NCBI RefSeq assembly: GCF_006345805.1
Contig: NC_043006.1
Location: 21,824,058 to 21,888,000, forward strand
From: Octopus sinensis
Taxonomy: Eukaryota
Length of the DNA stretch: 63,943 bases
Reading direction: 5' to 3'
In this document: positions 12,880 through 26,730 of the stretch, piece by piece
Layout of the letters: every line of letters begins with the position of its first letter
Position numbering within the stretch: position 1 is the first letter of the stretch
Position numbers and translations under genes: made by a program
The notes under the pieces: generated by a model
Databases searched by the model: none
The model's input: the letters and a program-made list of their open reading frames with translations, nothing else
What the model was told of the DNA's origin: nothing

Positions 12880-13174
12880 CAATATACAAACTTTTATAGT
12901 TTCATAGAAGCTTTATGATGTACAACGTTACTCTAAATATTCCATTAAAATATAGAGAATGTCCGTAGTTTATTATGTAACTTATCATTGATATATGTAA
13001 TATAATATGATATGACATAATATATGGACTTAAATAAGAAATTTCTAATTCTCATTCTATTATTTCATTTCATTTTACCAATATGTAACGCAATATATCA
13101 CCGTATTATTTTTAAAATAATCCTGGGCAGACGGACACGGACACACACATATATACCAATTATATTACTAGTGT

Positions 13175-13467
13175 GGAGGCGCAATGGCCCCAGTGGTTAG
13201 GGTAGTGGACTCGCGGTTGTAGGATCGCGGTTTCGATTCCCAGACTGGGCGCTGAAAACACCTAAAAGCTCCACGAGGCTCCGACAGGGGGTGATGGCGA
13301 TCCCTGCTGTACTCTTTCGCCACAACTTTCTCTCACTCTTTCTTCTGTTGGCCTGCTCGCTTAGCCAGCGGGGTGGCGTCATTTGAAGGCTAAAACAATG
13401 TAAATCGCATTGTGACCAGCGATGTGTAGCAACATCTGATAGCATGGTCAGTCACGGTCACGGTCAT
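13175..13467 (+). mobile_element. SINE family C, tail variant c
   Basis: Same head and body as the 6878 copy to about nt 165, then a different 3' part ending (gtcacg)n. Confidence 0.8.
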
Positions 13468-13999
13468 ACTACTAGTAGAAATTAAATCTTTGACTAATTT
13501 GGTTTCAAATCGAAAAACTTCATTTGGGTTTTTTTAACGTCTAGATATCAAATTTAAATGTAAGATATAACCACACCATCAACCACATTCATATTGATTT
13601 GATGGAACGGTTTCACACCATCCTATTTTATAAATATATTCAATAAATCAAGTCCGTTTTATGATATGACATTTCTCTATTTGTTACACGTTTTGTATCA
13701 ATATAATTTGAAATTTTGCAACTAAGCGCAAAACTTATTATAATACTGCAAGTTTTAATATAATGTTCTTTAACTTATTTTCAAGTTTATATTTGCTATA
13801 TTCTGTTTATTGTAAGCATCCAAAATACAATTACATATCATCACATACACACACACACACATGTATATATACGCAGGTGTGGTTATGTGTGTATTAAGTT
13901 CGGTTCCCAACCACACAGTTCCGAGTTCAGCCCTACTGCGTGGCACCTTGAGCGACTGACTGCCTTCAACTGTAGCCTCGGGCTGACCAAAGTTTTGTG

Positions 14000-14465
14000 T
14001 TTTGCTCAAGAGACACTGTCCTAAACTGGACGACCATTGTCCCATATCTTCTTCCTTTGGTTATGTACGTTATCTCCTTTGTTCGTTCCCTCAGCGCTAT
14101 TTCCACTTCTGCCTCCATCTGTTCTGCCTTTTTTCCTTTCAACGAGCACACCTTATAAGTGATTGCTTTCTTCTCCATCCTCTCCATAATTCCTTTGGGG
14201 AGCGACAACTTCACGTCGCCGCCCACCTTCTGAGCCATCTTCTCGTACTCCTTCAGACCAGCCAAGTCCAGCTCCCTTCGCTTCACCTTCGTGCCTTGAG
14301 CAAAACTCCTTCTCTTCAACACTTCGTCCATCTTTATGACCGCCCTTACCAGTTCCGACGAAGACGACGACAACTCAGACCCGTCAAGGTCTGAGTACAT
14401 CTACGCAACACGAAAAACTACGTCTAACTCTTACAAAATCCAGACAGCAAATAACCCGACGCATG
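14000..14465 (-). mobile_element. Lys/Glu-rich ORF fragment, probably the 5' end (ORF1) of a LINE, lying between two SINE B heads
   Basis: Open frame MYSDLDGSELSSSSSELVRAVIKMDEVLKRR...GRRYGTMVVQF from 14400, running into SINE sequence at 14000. The composition is non-repetitive. Confidence 0.45.
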
Positions 14466-14634
14466 CGCGGAAGCAAGCTTCTTACTACACAGCCACACCT
14501 GCGCATGTATATATAAGAGCACTGTAGCTCTTATTTCTTGCAATGTAGGTGTTTGACACCCTCAGTTACGTTTAGTTGATGACTATCAAGTCTCCTTTAC
14601 AGTATAACATTGCAACTCGCTGTTTTTATTACTT

Positions 14635-14677
<43 letters not shown>

Positions 14678-14767
14678 AATTTCAACAATTGAGGGTAAAT
14701 TAATTAATTATTAATCAATTTCACCAAGTATTCAGTATGTAAAGGGACCATTTAAGGCGAATTCAAA

Positions 14768-15046
14768 ATATTACATTTTATAAAGGGCTAGTAAAATAAA
14801 TTACTTTGCCACATACTGAACTCATTAGAAATAGCAGCCAAAAAAAAGTTTTTTTTTTTTTTTAGCCATTCTAATACTTAAAGAAAAATTTCTCTCAGAT
14901 AGTGTTTACTCTATCTGAGAGAAATTTTCTTTAAGTATTAGAAATGGCTAAAAAAAAAAAAAAAAAAAAATTTTTTTTTGGCTGCTATTTCTAATGAGTT
15001 CAGTATGTGGCAAAGTAATTTATTTTACTAAGCCCTTTATAAAATG

Positions 15047-15052
<6 letters not shown>
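14768..15052. repeat. Near-perfect palindrome, ~135-bp arms, 8-nt spacer (14903-14910)
   Basis: attacattttataaagggc...tctctcagatag|tgtttact|ctatctgagaga...gccctttataaaatgtaat. Confidence 0.95.
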
Positions 15053-15122
<70 letters not shown>

Positions 15123-16959
15123 TACATACGCACACACACATACACAGGTATATTGACGCAAACAGGTAAAATAGAAATCAAAATACGAGCGTATGTATAT
15201 TTTTATTAATATTTAACAAGAATAACAGAGTAACTCAGGTCCGAGGGTTTTGTGCGTTGGCATTTATCAAACTTGATAAGTATCAACGCACGAAACACTT
15301 GGACCTTGAGTCACTCTATACTGTTTAATATCAATATATCTGATAAATCACTAGCCACTAAGCCTTTTTTTTATTTTCTGTCCTTGTTTATTTCTGTGTT
15401 CCTTTGTGTTGAATAGTGTAGGCTCGAAACGTAAAAGACTTTCTCACTTCCCGAGCGTTAAACTAATACATCTGTTTGATGTTTACACACCCGTCTTCGT
15501 CTTTTGTTTTTTTGCAAATTATATATATATATAATATTATAATATATATATATAATAAATACATACATACTACACGTATATATATATGAACAGGGTAAAT
15601 GTTTTTTTTAATTTTTCCTCTGATTTCGGAATTACTACTATTTGCGGTTGGAGCCCTGGCTGCTATTTCTAGTGGGTCGAACGGCCTATTATAGCCGTTC
15701 CTCAATTGTTGTTGTATATATATATATACATACATACATACATACATACATAACATACATACATTACATACATACACGTTCACATACACACACATGTATA
15801 TGTGAATATATGCATATTATGTGTGTGTGCTTACGTGCGTGTGTCTGTGTGTGTGTACACGACAGACTTCCTTGCAACAGCTGTGTCTTAGAAATTCCTC
15901 CGCGCAGCTACTCATGTGCTCAATGGCTGTTTATATTTTATCCATACTCGGAGTATGAATCCAAATTAGACCTTGATGTTATTCGTGCTCAGAAACATAA
16001 AGAGTCGAAGTAAATGACGGTTTCCAGCCTAGACACCAGATCTGGAATTTGGGAGGAGCGAATAGTCAATTACAATGATCTCAGGATATAATTGGTACTT
16101 TATTTTATGGGCTCCGTGGATCTGAGTTGCAAAATTGACATCGGTTTGATTTGAACTCCGAACGTAGTGTCAGAAGAAGCATCGCAAGTTATTTTCTCTT
16201 ACGTTCTAACGATTTTCCCCATTCACTACACTCATAAAGTAGAACGCAGACCAGTTGTGAACACCAATAATTTCTTACAAGTGCACAAGGACAGATATTT
16301 ATCGGAAGGAGCTAGTCGATTAACTTGACTCCAGTACTATAATGGAACTTGACTTTCTCAGCGCCAAGACAATTGGCGAAGTAACCATGGCGGGATTGAA
16401 ACAAGGAAACAAACACCAGTAAGGTATTATTTCGTCAGCCACACTGCCGTACCTTCCCCCCAGGTTAATAGCTATCGATATATTTCATGTACAGGAAACT
16501 CCTATTCCGTCACCGAAGAAATAATGTTGGTTTCATTCACGTAAAAATAATCCACTTTTCTGTTTATTATCAAATGACTTTATCAAACAAAGCTGTGCGT
16601 TGAAGCTTGCTTTAATTTCCTTCTATTCGGTGCCGAGTGAATGCACGCGACTTCAGCTTATCTCGCTGCAGTCGGCTTATCAATAAGATCAAAGGTGTTA
16701 CGAAGATGATGAATAATAGAGCAGGTAGCATAAACAGCAAAGAAAATATTTTCATTTCCTTGAGTAAGACGAGAAAGCAGGCAATAAACTTTCAGCTTTG
16801 GTAAATCAACCCGAGGAAAGTACCACATAATAAAGCAAATATTTATATATAAATAACTGTTGTTGTTATAGCTGTTGTTTTAATTTTTAGCCCAAGGCCA
16901 GCCAGAGCTGGTCGAGCAGACCTATGATCGTATTCGTTTCTTCTTACGATTTTCTGGGT

Positions 16960-17388
16960 TACTCTTTACTCTTTTACTCTTTTACTTGTTTCAGTCATTT
17001 GACTGTGGCCATGCTGGAGCACCACCTTTTAGTCGAGCAACTCGAACCCGGGACTTATTCTTTGTAAGCACAGTATCTATTCTATCGGTCTCTTTGCCGA
17101 ACCGCTAAGTGACGGAGACGTAAACACACCAGCATCGGTTGTCAAGCAATGCTAGGGGGACAAACACAGACACACAAACATGCACACACATACATACATA
17201 TATATATATATATATACATATATACGACAGGCTTCTTTCAGTTTCCGTCTACCAAATCCACTCACAAGGCATTGGTCGGCCCGAGGCTATAGCAGAAGAC
17301 ACTCGCCCAAGATGCCACGCAGTGGGACTGAACCCGGAACCATGTGGTTGGTAAGTAAGCTACTTACCACACAGCCACTCCTGCGCCT
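16960..17388 (-). mobile_element. SINE family B
   Basis: Family match end to end. Confidence 0.92.
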
Positions 17389-17577
17389 ATGGGTTGATGA
17401 TTTTTTATATTTTTATTCTTTCATGCGTACTTTTATTTTTTCATATGTACTTTGTATTACTTTATTAAATGTGTCATTTTTAGGATATAAGGACGTGATT
17501 TCAAGAGGCTATTCGACTCTCTGAGTACATACATACATACACATACATACACATACATATGCATGTATAAGCACAGT

Positions 17578-17613
17578 TAGGTAGGTAGGTAGGTAGGTAG
17601 GTAGGTAGGTAGG

Positions 17614-17698
<85 letters not shown>
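17578..17698. repeat. (GTAG)n then (GATA)n tetranucleotide repeat; further GATA/GACA arrays at 19175-19325 and 33726-33925
   Basis: Direct reading. Confidence 0.97.
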
Positions 17699-17699
<1 letters not shown>

Positions 17700-17788
17700 T
17701 GTTTCTTTATTAGCCACACACTGGCTGCACACAGACAGGACAAAATTACAATGTAGAGCTTTTCTTTTAGGGGTAAAAGAAGGGGGTT

Positions 17789-17858
<70 letters not shown>

Positions 17859-17868
17859 GATATATATA

Positions 17869-17899
<31 letters not shown>

Positions 17900-17964
17900 A
17901 TAAAACATATGCATATATACATACATATATGTACGTACCTACCTCTACATGTATATATACATGC

Positions 17965-18520
17965 ATATATGGGTACAGGACACCAAAAAACCGTCGAACA
18001 CAATGAGAAACAAAAACATAAACACAAAACCAAGGAAATGGACATTTTTCTTAAACAACGAAAAAATAGAGTACAGGACATACAAAACAAGGAAAATTCC
18101 CCTTCTTCAGTCGCCTTTGTTTCATCTACTCCACGTTTCGAAGGTCAAGGTGATACAGGACTTTAATGAAACTTTCCTTCCTGCGAAAATCAAATTAAAT
18201 AAAATTTGAGATTTTTTTGGTAACAAAAACAGGACAGTAACGACAGTACAAGATATAAACAGTAAAATACAGGACAAGGAAAATAACAGTATATATAAAG
18301 TTAATCCAAACATGAAAACACAAAGAGAAAACACAACAACGCGACGACGTGGAACAAATATAGTATTATTGGACGCTCAGGAAGGAAGGGAAGAAGGAGG
18401 GTGCTACGTTTCGAGCGGAGCTCTTCGTCAGAAACATAGGAAAAGGAAAGATCCAGAGAAGGGAAGACGGGGGAAAAAAATCGCCAACGGTACACACGCG
18501 GTTACATTTTGAATGACCGG
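17965..18520 (-). mobile_element. Putative Penelope-like terminal repeat region with hammerhead-like core; first ~170 bp duplicated at 19848-20005
   Basis: gagtacaggaca...cttcttcagtcgcc occurs twice. ctgacgaagagctccgctcgaaacgt is on the minus strand at 18406-18431. Confidence 0.45.
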
Positions 18521-18651
18521 ATAAACCTGGTAATCAACCTATCAGTCATTTTTGCCGAATTGCTAAGTTACGAGGATGTAAACACACCAACACCGGTTGC
18601 CAAGTGATATATATATATATATATATATATATTAATATATATATATATATA

Positions 18652-18713
<62 letters not shown>

Positions 18714-19006
18714 ATATGTATATATTTATGTATGTGTCTGGCTTGTCCGCCCACCATCGCATGACAACCGATGCTGGTGGGGTTTATGTCCCCATAACTT
18801 ATGGTTCGCAAAAAAGACTGATAGAATAACTACTAGACTTACAAAGAATGAGTCCTGGGGTCGATTTCTTCGACTAAAACTCTTTAAAGTGGTGCTCCAG
18901 TATGGCCGTAGTCACATGACTGAAACAAGTAATAGAATATATATATATGTATATATATATATTTATATATATATATATACATATATATATATTTATATAT
19001 ATATAC

Positions 19007-19039
<33 letters not shown>

Positions 19040-19227
19040 CATATATATACGTATATATATATAGATATATATACATACACACATACACATAAATGTATGC
19101 ATGTATATATGCGTGTATATATATGTGTGAATAATAAGTATACATGTACATATGTGTATATATATGCATAAGCATAGATAGACAGACAGACAGACAAACA
19201 GATAGATAGATAGACAGACAGACAAAC

Positions 19228-19322
<95 letters not shown>

Positions 19323-19620
19323 CAGTCACTCGCATATACTTTAAACACTGACACACACATGTATATATGTGTGGGTGTGCATTTTTTCAATCTTTTCACT
19401 GACATAGCAAGCATGAACGACACTGTCAAGCGACATGGATGAAATAACAGTCGCTTTTAACTATTGACGTTAATGGGCATATGTAATTATATGCATAGTT
19501 ACAATCCGTATCTATGTATCAGAGTATAAAACGCAAACGCGAAAAATTAACACAATGACTGAAAGCTATCTTGGGGAACTACGTTAAAATATAATTTAAC
19601 AAAAGACACACATGTACACC

Positions 19621-19686
<66 letters not shown>

Positions 19687-19706
19687 TACATATACTCCCT
19701 ATTATT

Positions 19707-19737
<31 letters not shown>

Positions 19738-19774
19738 TTATTATATTACTATTATTAATATATTATAATATAAT

Positions 19775-19836
<62 letters not shown>

Positions 19837-20020
19837 CACGCATATATGAGTACAGGACACAAAAAAGACGTCGAACACAATGAGAAACGAAAACATAGAC
19901 ACAAACCAAAGGAACTGGACATTTTTTAAACAACAAAAAAATAGAGTACAGGACAATTAACACAAAGAAAAAAACCCTTCTTCAGTCGCCATGGTTTCAT
20001 CTACTCTATATATACATATA

Positions 20021-20229
20021 TACTCTTTTATTTGTCTCAGTCATTTGATTGTAGCCATTTTGGAGCAACGCCTTTAGTCGAGCAAATCGACCCCAGGACT
20101 TATTCTTTGTAAGCCTAGTACTTATTCTATCGGGTTCTTTTGCCGAACCGCTAAGTTACGGGGGACATAAACACACCAGCATCGGTTGTCAAGCGATGCT
20201 GGGAGGACAAACACAGACACACAAACACA

Positions 20230-20270
<41 letters not shown>

Positions 20271-20500
20271 CACACACACACACACATACATATATATATC
20301 AGTGCTTTTCAAACTTTTTGCTGGAGCGGAACCCCAAGGAAACATTCCACTGGCTCGGGTAACCCCTGTGCAATAATTTAATAGTCTTATGCACACATAT
20401 CTGCACAGGAAAATTAAAAAATACTGCCGATTTTAGCAGTTTTGTAATTCTTGCGGAACCCCTGGACTGTACTGGCGGAACCCTGGTTGGAAAACCACTG

Positions 20501-20581
<81 letters not shown>

Positions 20582-20743
20582 TACGACAGGCTTCTTTTCA
20601 GTTTTCGTCTCGTCTACCAAATTCACTCACAAAGCTTTGGTCGGCCCGACGCTATAGTAGAAGACACTTGCCCAAGGTGTCACGCTGTGGGACTGAACCC
20701 GGGACCATGTGGTTGATAAGCAAGCTACTCACCACACAGCCAC
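20021..20743 (-). mobile_element. SINE family B carrying a nested MITE
   Basis: Family match on both sides of 20300-20500. Confidence 0.9.
20300..20500. mobile_element. 201-bp hAT-type MITE
   Basis: Imperfect TIRs cagtgcttttcaaac / gttggaaaaccactg; atatatat on both sides is compatible with an 8-bp TSD. Confidence 0.75.
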
Positions 20744-20967
20744 ATATTCGTACATCTATATAATTTGGCAAAACGGAATGAAAGCTGGCTGAAATTCTAA
20801 GTTTTACCAAGCGTGGAGACTTCTAAAGTATTTTCGTTGGTCGCTGATACAAATCACCGATCGATCATTCAAACGTGCTCAAACATGATACCAACATCTC
20901 CATGCTTGATGAGGCTCAAGAGTTTCAGCAGCTTTGCATGTATATATATATGTATATACATGTGCGT

Positions 20968-21028
<61 letters not shown>

Positions 21029-21164
21029 GAAGCGTGTGTGCATATGCGTGTGCGTGTGTGTAAGTGATATTTGTGTGTGCGCGGGTGTGAGAGAAAGAGT
21101 TATACTTATATACACGCATATGAATAAATATGCGAATTACAAAAATGTGTGTGTGTGTGTGTGT

Positions 21165-21201
<37 letters not shown>

Positions 21202-21400
21202 ACAGGCACTGCACCAGTCCTTTCGTACAGTGCTTGTATAGTGCCACTGTACAAAAGAAAAAGGGATAAATGTGAGTGTGGAAATTTTAGGGGTATAAGT
21301 CTGTTGTGTCCGCAATTCATTCACTTCCGTGAGATGGTAGCGAAGGGATTAGAATTTTCCAGCATTAAACTGCGTGTTTCTTTCCTTAGTCTACCTGTAT

Positions 21401-21787
21401 GTGGAAGCACTCCGTCGGTTACGACGACGAGGGTTCCGGTTGATCCGAATCAACGGAACAGCCTGCTCGTGAAATTAACGTGTAAGTGGCTGAGCACTCC
21501 ACAGACACGTGTACCCTTAACGTATTTCTCGGGGATATTCAGCGTGACACAGAGAGTGACAAGGCCGGCCCTTTGAAATACAGGTACAACAGAAACATGA
21601 AGTAAGAGTGAGAGAAAGTTGTGGTGAAAGAGAACAGCAGGGATCGCCATCACCCCCTGCCAGAGCCTCGTGGAGCTTTTAGGTGTTTTCGCTCAATAAA
21701 CACTCACAACGCCCGGTCTGGGAATCGAAACCGCGATCCTACAACCGTGAGTCCGCTGCCCTAACCACTGGGCCATTGCGCCTCCAC
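21401..21787 (-). mobile_element. SINE family C full length, tail a
   Basis: 14-bp TSD tagtctacctgtat at 21387-21400 and 21788-21801. Confidence 0.95.
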
Positions 21788-21801
21788 TAGTCTACCTGTA
21801 T

Positions 21802-22060
21802 ATTGTGTGGAACTCTTGTTGCAGGTATTCAGCATCTCCAGGTTTCTGTATCCTCTGAGAGACTTTTGTATCGTCTGCATAGCCAGCAATGGTGGCTAAC
21901 TGAGCAGCAGAGGCCATGCCTGTGAAGGCCAATATGAATAGCAGCGGCCCCAAGAGAGTACCCTGTAGGACACCACTCATCATTTGCGTTTCCTCGGAGG
22001 TAGCCCCGTCGGCTATAACTGCTTTAGAAAGTCGTGTAGCCACTCTTCCCAAAAAACGCA
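21802..22060 (-). mobile_element. Non-LTR reverse transcriptase fragment (CR1 group)
   Basis: SGVLQGTLLGPLLF...YADDTKV. Confidence 0.9.
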
Positions 22061-22080
22061 GCTAATGATATATCGTACCG

Positions 22081-22427
22081 TACTCTTTTACTCTTTTACT
22101 TGTTTCAGTCATTTGACTGCGGCCATGCTGGAGCACCGCCTTTAGTCGAGTAAATCGACCTCGTGACTTATTCTTTGTAAGCCTAGTACTTATTCTATCG
22201 GTCTCTTTCGCCGAACCGCTAAGTTACGGGGACGTAAACACACTAACATCGGTTGTCAAGCGATGTTGGGGGGACAAACACAGACACACAAACACACAAA
22301 AACATACACACATATATTCTGAGCGCTATACTAATACATTTGTTTGTTTGTACACCACCTGCCTTCGTCTTTTGTTTATTTTCGTAAACTTCCCTTTATA
22401 ATATAATATATATATATATATATATAT

Positions 22428-22459
<32 letters not shown>

Positions 22460-22649
22460 CTATATGTATGTATATATACATATATACGACGGGCTTCTTT
22501 CAGTTTCTGTCTACCAAATCCACTCACAAGACTTTGGTCGGCCCGAGGCTATAGTGGAAGACGCTTGCCCAAGGAGCCACGCAGTGGGACTGAACCCGGA
22601 ACCATGTGGTTGGTAAGCAAGCTACTTACCACACAGCCACTCCTGCACC
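22081..22649 (-). mobile_element. SINE family B with an extra insertion in its microsatellite
   Basis: Family match; the 22315-22400 insert resembles 15450-15520 and 45705-45750. Confidence 0.9.
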
Positions 22650-22859
22650 GTAGTTGACTTTATCAAAGGATTTTGCAAAGTCGAGACACATCACGTCCTG
22701 ATTAAAGTTTTTCAGCCTTTTCCAGTTGCTGACATGTCACAAATATCCGTCAAATTTAACTAATGTTAATAATACACATAATTCCTCATCTCTCAAATAT
22801 AAAACTTAGATAAAACTTAGATATGTTTCGACCAAAGATTGGTCCAGGCCATGTCTAAC

Positions 22860-23690
22860 TTAATAGCACCACCTGATAGGATTATCTAAATCCTGTTTAA
22901 GTCAAGTTTTGTTTATGGTCCATTCAAGTAGTGAGTTTTTGTTGGGTGAGTTGTATCCAATTATGGGTGGCTTATCTGGTATTCCTTGAAGGAATCTATC
23001 CAGACTCCGTTTAAAGTTGATGGGATCCTTTTCCTCTTTGATCTCTTTCGGGACAATGCTAAATAGGGCAGGGCCTGTTGAGGAAAAGAAATTATGTTGT
23101 GGTGAACATGTATGCTGTGATCTTGAATATAGAACCAGATTTGAGTTGTTGAGCTGCTGTTTTAACACCCAGTCGTAGAGTGGTGTAAGAACTGTATCAG
23201 ACAGTATCTACTTGGTCGAAAATCATGCTGGGTGTCATTCTCTTAAAGGAACGTAATTAGTTTCCTTCGGAGGTTTACAATTTTAGCATCTACTCTGATT
23301 CCTCCTTTATAGACAAGAGCATATTATTCCTTCCTGCAATTCGCCTGAGAGCTGACCACTTGCAAGGAAGCTCTGAAGAAGCTGCAGTGGTTTTACAAGT
23401 GCTTGTTTGCATGATTCGAGCAGAATTGCTGGGAATTCATCAGGAATTCATTCAGTGTTACTCTTATCCTCGTTGAGTTTCCCGTGAAGGGACCATCTTT
23501 TGGAGAGTTCCAAGGTACAGGGGCAGTTGCTTTAACAAACTCAAAGAAGGCTTTGGGATTTGATTTTATATTTGCTATAACCCAGGCTTCTTTGTCAACT
23601 CTCTTTTTCATGGGGGCGTTTCGGATCTCCGGTGGTGTCCTTTCCAGCGGGATGTTCCTCCGTCATTGAATTCTCTGTTTAGGCGGCTTA
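22860..23690 (-). mobile_element. Decayed CR1-group LINE fragments (3' end plus pre-RT region)
   Basis: GPALFSIVPKEI...FKRSLDRFLQGIPDKP...NSLLEW and IANIKSNPKAFF. Confidence 0.8.
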
Positions 23691-23975
23691 CAAACTTTGT
23701 ACGCCGTCTCATATATACGATGTTTGTATGGATGTGTGTCTGTGGGGGGGTCTGTGTCTGTGTGTCTGTGTGTGTGTGTACGTATGTATTTATAATCTAC
23801 TCTTTGAAGTAAACGACGGCGTTCTGTATACGCGTGGGATGGGGGGAAAGAAAGAGAGTGGCTGATATATATGTATATATGTGTGTTTGTATGTGCATGT
23901 ATATATATATATATATGTATGTTTGCGTGCGTGTATGTATGCGAGTGCATGCATATATATATATATATATATATA

Positions 23976-24006
<31 letters not shown>

Positions 24007-24385
24007 GTACGCACATATATACTAACGTACACATATACGCACATACACATAGAAAGCTAAATAGATTGATAACTACACCGCAACTCTAATTATATGTGTG
24101 TATGTGTGTATATGTGTACACATGCATTTGTATATGTGTATATATGTGTGTGTGTGTGTGTGTGTATGTCTATAATTGTACAATCAGGAGTATGTATGTA
24201 CAATTTATATATATATATACGTATATGTGTGTACATGTGTATGTGTGTGTTTGCATGTATATATATGTGTTGTATGAGTATAAGTAAATATATATATATA
24301 TACATATATATGCGTATATACAAAGCTATATGTGTATATATATGTGTGTGTGCGTGTGTGGGTATATATATGTATGTGTATGTAT

Positions 24386-24428
<43 letters not shown>

Positions 24429-24460
24429 CATATACATATATTATATTATATAATATGTAT

Positions 24461-24491
<31 letters not shown>

Positions 24492-24539
24492 CATACATAT
24501 ACATATATTATATATATATATGTATATACATACATATAC

Positions 24540-24571
<32 letters not shown>

Positions 24572-25525
24572 CATACATATATATATATATATGTATATAT
24601 ATATATGTATGTGCATATATATGTGTATGTATATATATATATATATTTGTGTGTGTGTGTGTGTGTGTACTGTTAATAATCTACTGTTAAATATGTATGC
24701 ATACACAAATATGACGCACGCATACATACATACATGTAGAGAAATATAAACGTGTGTGTGTGTGTGTATGTGTGTGTGCGTGTGTGTGTGTGGGGGCGCG
24801 CGCGTGTGTAGTGGCGCCGCTCAGTTTATAGAAGACTACGTGGGTGATTAATCGTTTATTATCTCCGATTATTTAATTACTTTGGATTCAAGCTACATGT
24901 GAGTAAAATGAACTTTTTTTTTTTCTGTTTTCAGATATGTAAATTTAATCTCCAAAATTCCAATTATGAGGATGCTCTTACTGATAGTCAATTAACGATA
25001 AACACTTAATTTAAGACCATTTTAGAAAAGTTTATTTTCATTTTGATTAGTCTTTTATTTTGTTTCTTCCAAAATAAAAACAAAAGCTTATAGATGGTTA
25101 TTTGATTATATCATCCTTCGATCTGTTATGATGTATGTATATGCGAAAAGTTAGTAATAATGAGTTAACGGAAAGTCTACGATGGATAAGCGAATCCGAC
25201 GAAGAATTGTTCATATACCTAAGCTCGAATAAACGGTTCGACTCGCAGCTGCTGAGACTGGATGATCAACACTTGTACTCAACATTTAGTTACGATACGA
25301 TTTTTAGAAGACATTTTGCTAAATGAACCTTTATAAACCAGTTATAAGTACTGCATACAAAGCATTAAGTGAAGGTATAATTTATCTCCGAAGAGAAAGT
25401 GGTGTAGGAAGCTATATTTCCATAACTGAAGAAGTCGGACAGGGCTGTGACAATAGTTCAATTACCAAAGAAAGGAGAAAAGTTTTCAGTCATAAATCCA
25501 GAGGAAAAATTTATGGATGTCTTAT

Positions 25526-25911
25526 GTGAAAGCACTCCGTCGGTTACGACGATGAGGGTTCCGGTTGATCCGAATCAACGGAACAGCCTGCTCGTGAAAT
25601 TAACGTGTAAGTGGCTGAGCACTCCACAGACACGTGCACCCTTAACGTAGTTCTCGGGGATATTCAGCGTGACACAGAGAGTGACAAGGCCGGCCCTTTG
25701 AAATACAGGTACAACAGAAACAGGAAATAAGATTGAGAGAAAGTTGTGGTGAAAGGGTACAGCAGGGATCACCACCATCCCCTACCGGAGCCTTGTGGAG
25801 CTTTAGGTGTTTTCGCTCAATAAACACTCACAACGCCCGGTCTGGGAATCGAAACCGCGATCCTATGACCTCGAGTCCGCTGCCCTAACCACTGGGCCAT
25901 TGTGCCTCCAC
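25526..25911 (-). mobile_element. SINE family C full length, tail a
   Basis: 11-bp TSD ggatgtcttat at 25515-25525 and 25912-25922. Confidence 0.95.
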
Positions 25912-26330
25912 GGATGTCTTATATACACAATAGGAATGTCATAATTTATATCTAATGGTTGGTACGATAGAGCAATAAGCTACCAGATGTCCACTCGCTT
26001 TTGTTTTTTGTTTATTGTTTTTTTTTATTTTACTGTCCAGCGTTTATACATTTCGTTTTCGGCCTTGGTCTATAACATGTATTGAGGAAGCATGTATTGA
26101 ATGCTTCACTGCAAAATCTTTATGCGAGACATAACTGGTTATCGTGCAAATGGATAAGAAAGGGTACTTGCAGAAATGGCGAGATTATTTGAAAAAAGTT
26201 TTTAAAAATAAGTAAAAAATTTACCGTTTGAATAAGGATGCGTTGACGATCTTTCTCATATAAATAGTCTTAAAGAGGATAAAAATCAAATGGTCAATGT
26301 AGTAATTTGAAGAATAACGAAATTTCAACA

Positions 26331-26730
26331 ACTCTTTACTCTTTTACTCTTTTACTTGTTTCAGTCATTTGACTGCGGCCATGCTGGAGCACCGCCTTTA
26401 GTCGAGCAAATCTACCCCGGGACTTATTCTTTGTAAGCCCAGTACTTATTCTATCGGTCTCTTTTGCCGAACCGCTAAGTGACGGGGACGTAAACACACC
26501 AGCATCGGCTGTCAAGCAATGCTAGGGAGACAAACACACGCACATACACACATATATATATACATATATACGACTGGCTTCTTTCAGTTTCCGTCTACCA
26601 AATCCACTCACAAGGCATTGGTCGGCCCGGGGCTATAGCAGAAGACACTTGCCCAAGATGCCACGCAGTGGGACTGAACCCGGAACCATGTGGTTGGTTA
26701 GCAAGCTACTTACCACACAGCCACTCCTGC
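26331..26730 (-). mobile_element. SINE family B
   Basis: Family match. Confidence 0.92.

Noticed and set aside
18095-18145. GAAAC...CTGAAGA in permuted (type II-like) order on minus
   Set aside because: Helices I and III cannot be formed convincingly.
24890-25010. Donor- and acceptor-like sites with a short frame ICKFNLQNSNYEDALTDSQ
   Set aside because: The implied intron is only about 35 nt and the peptide is unrecognised.
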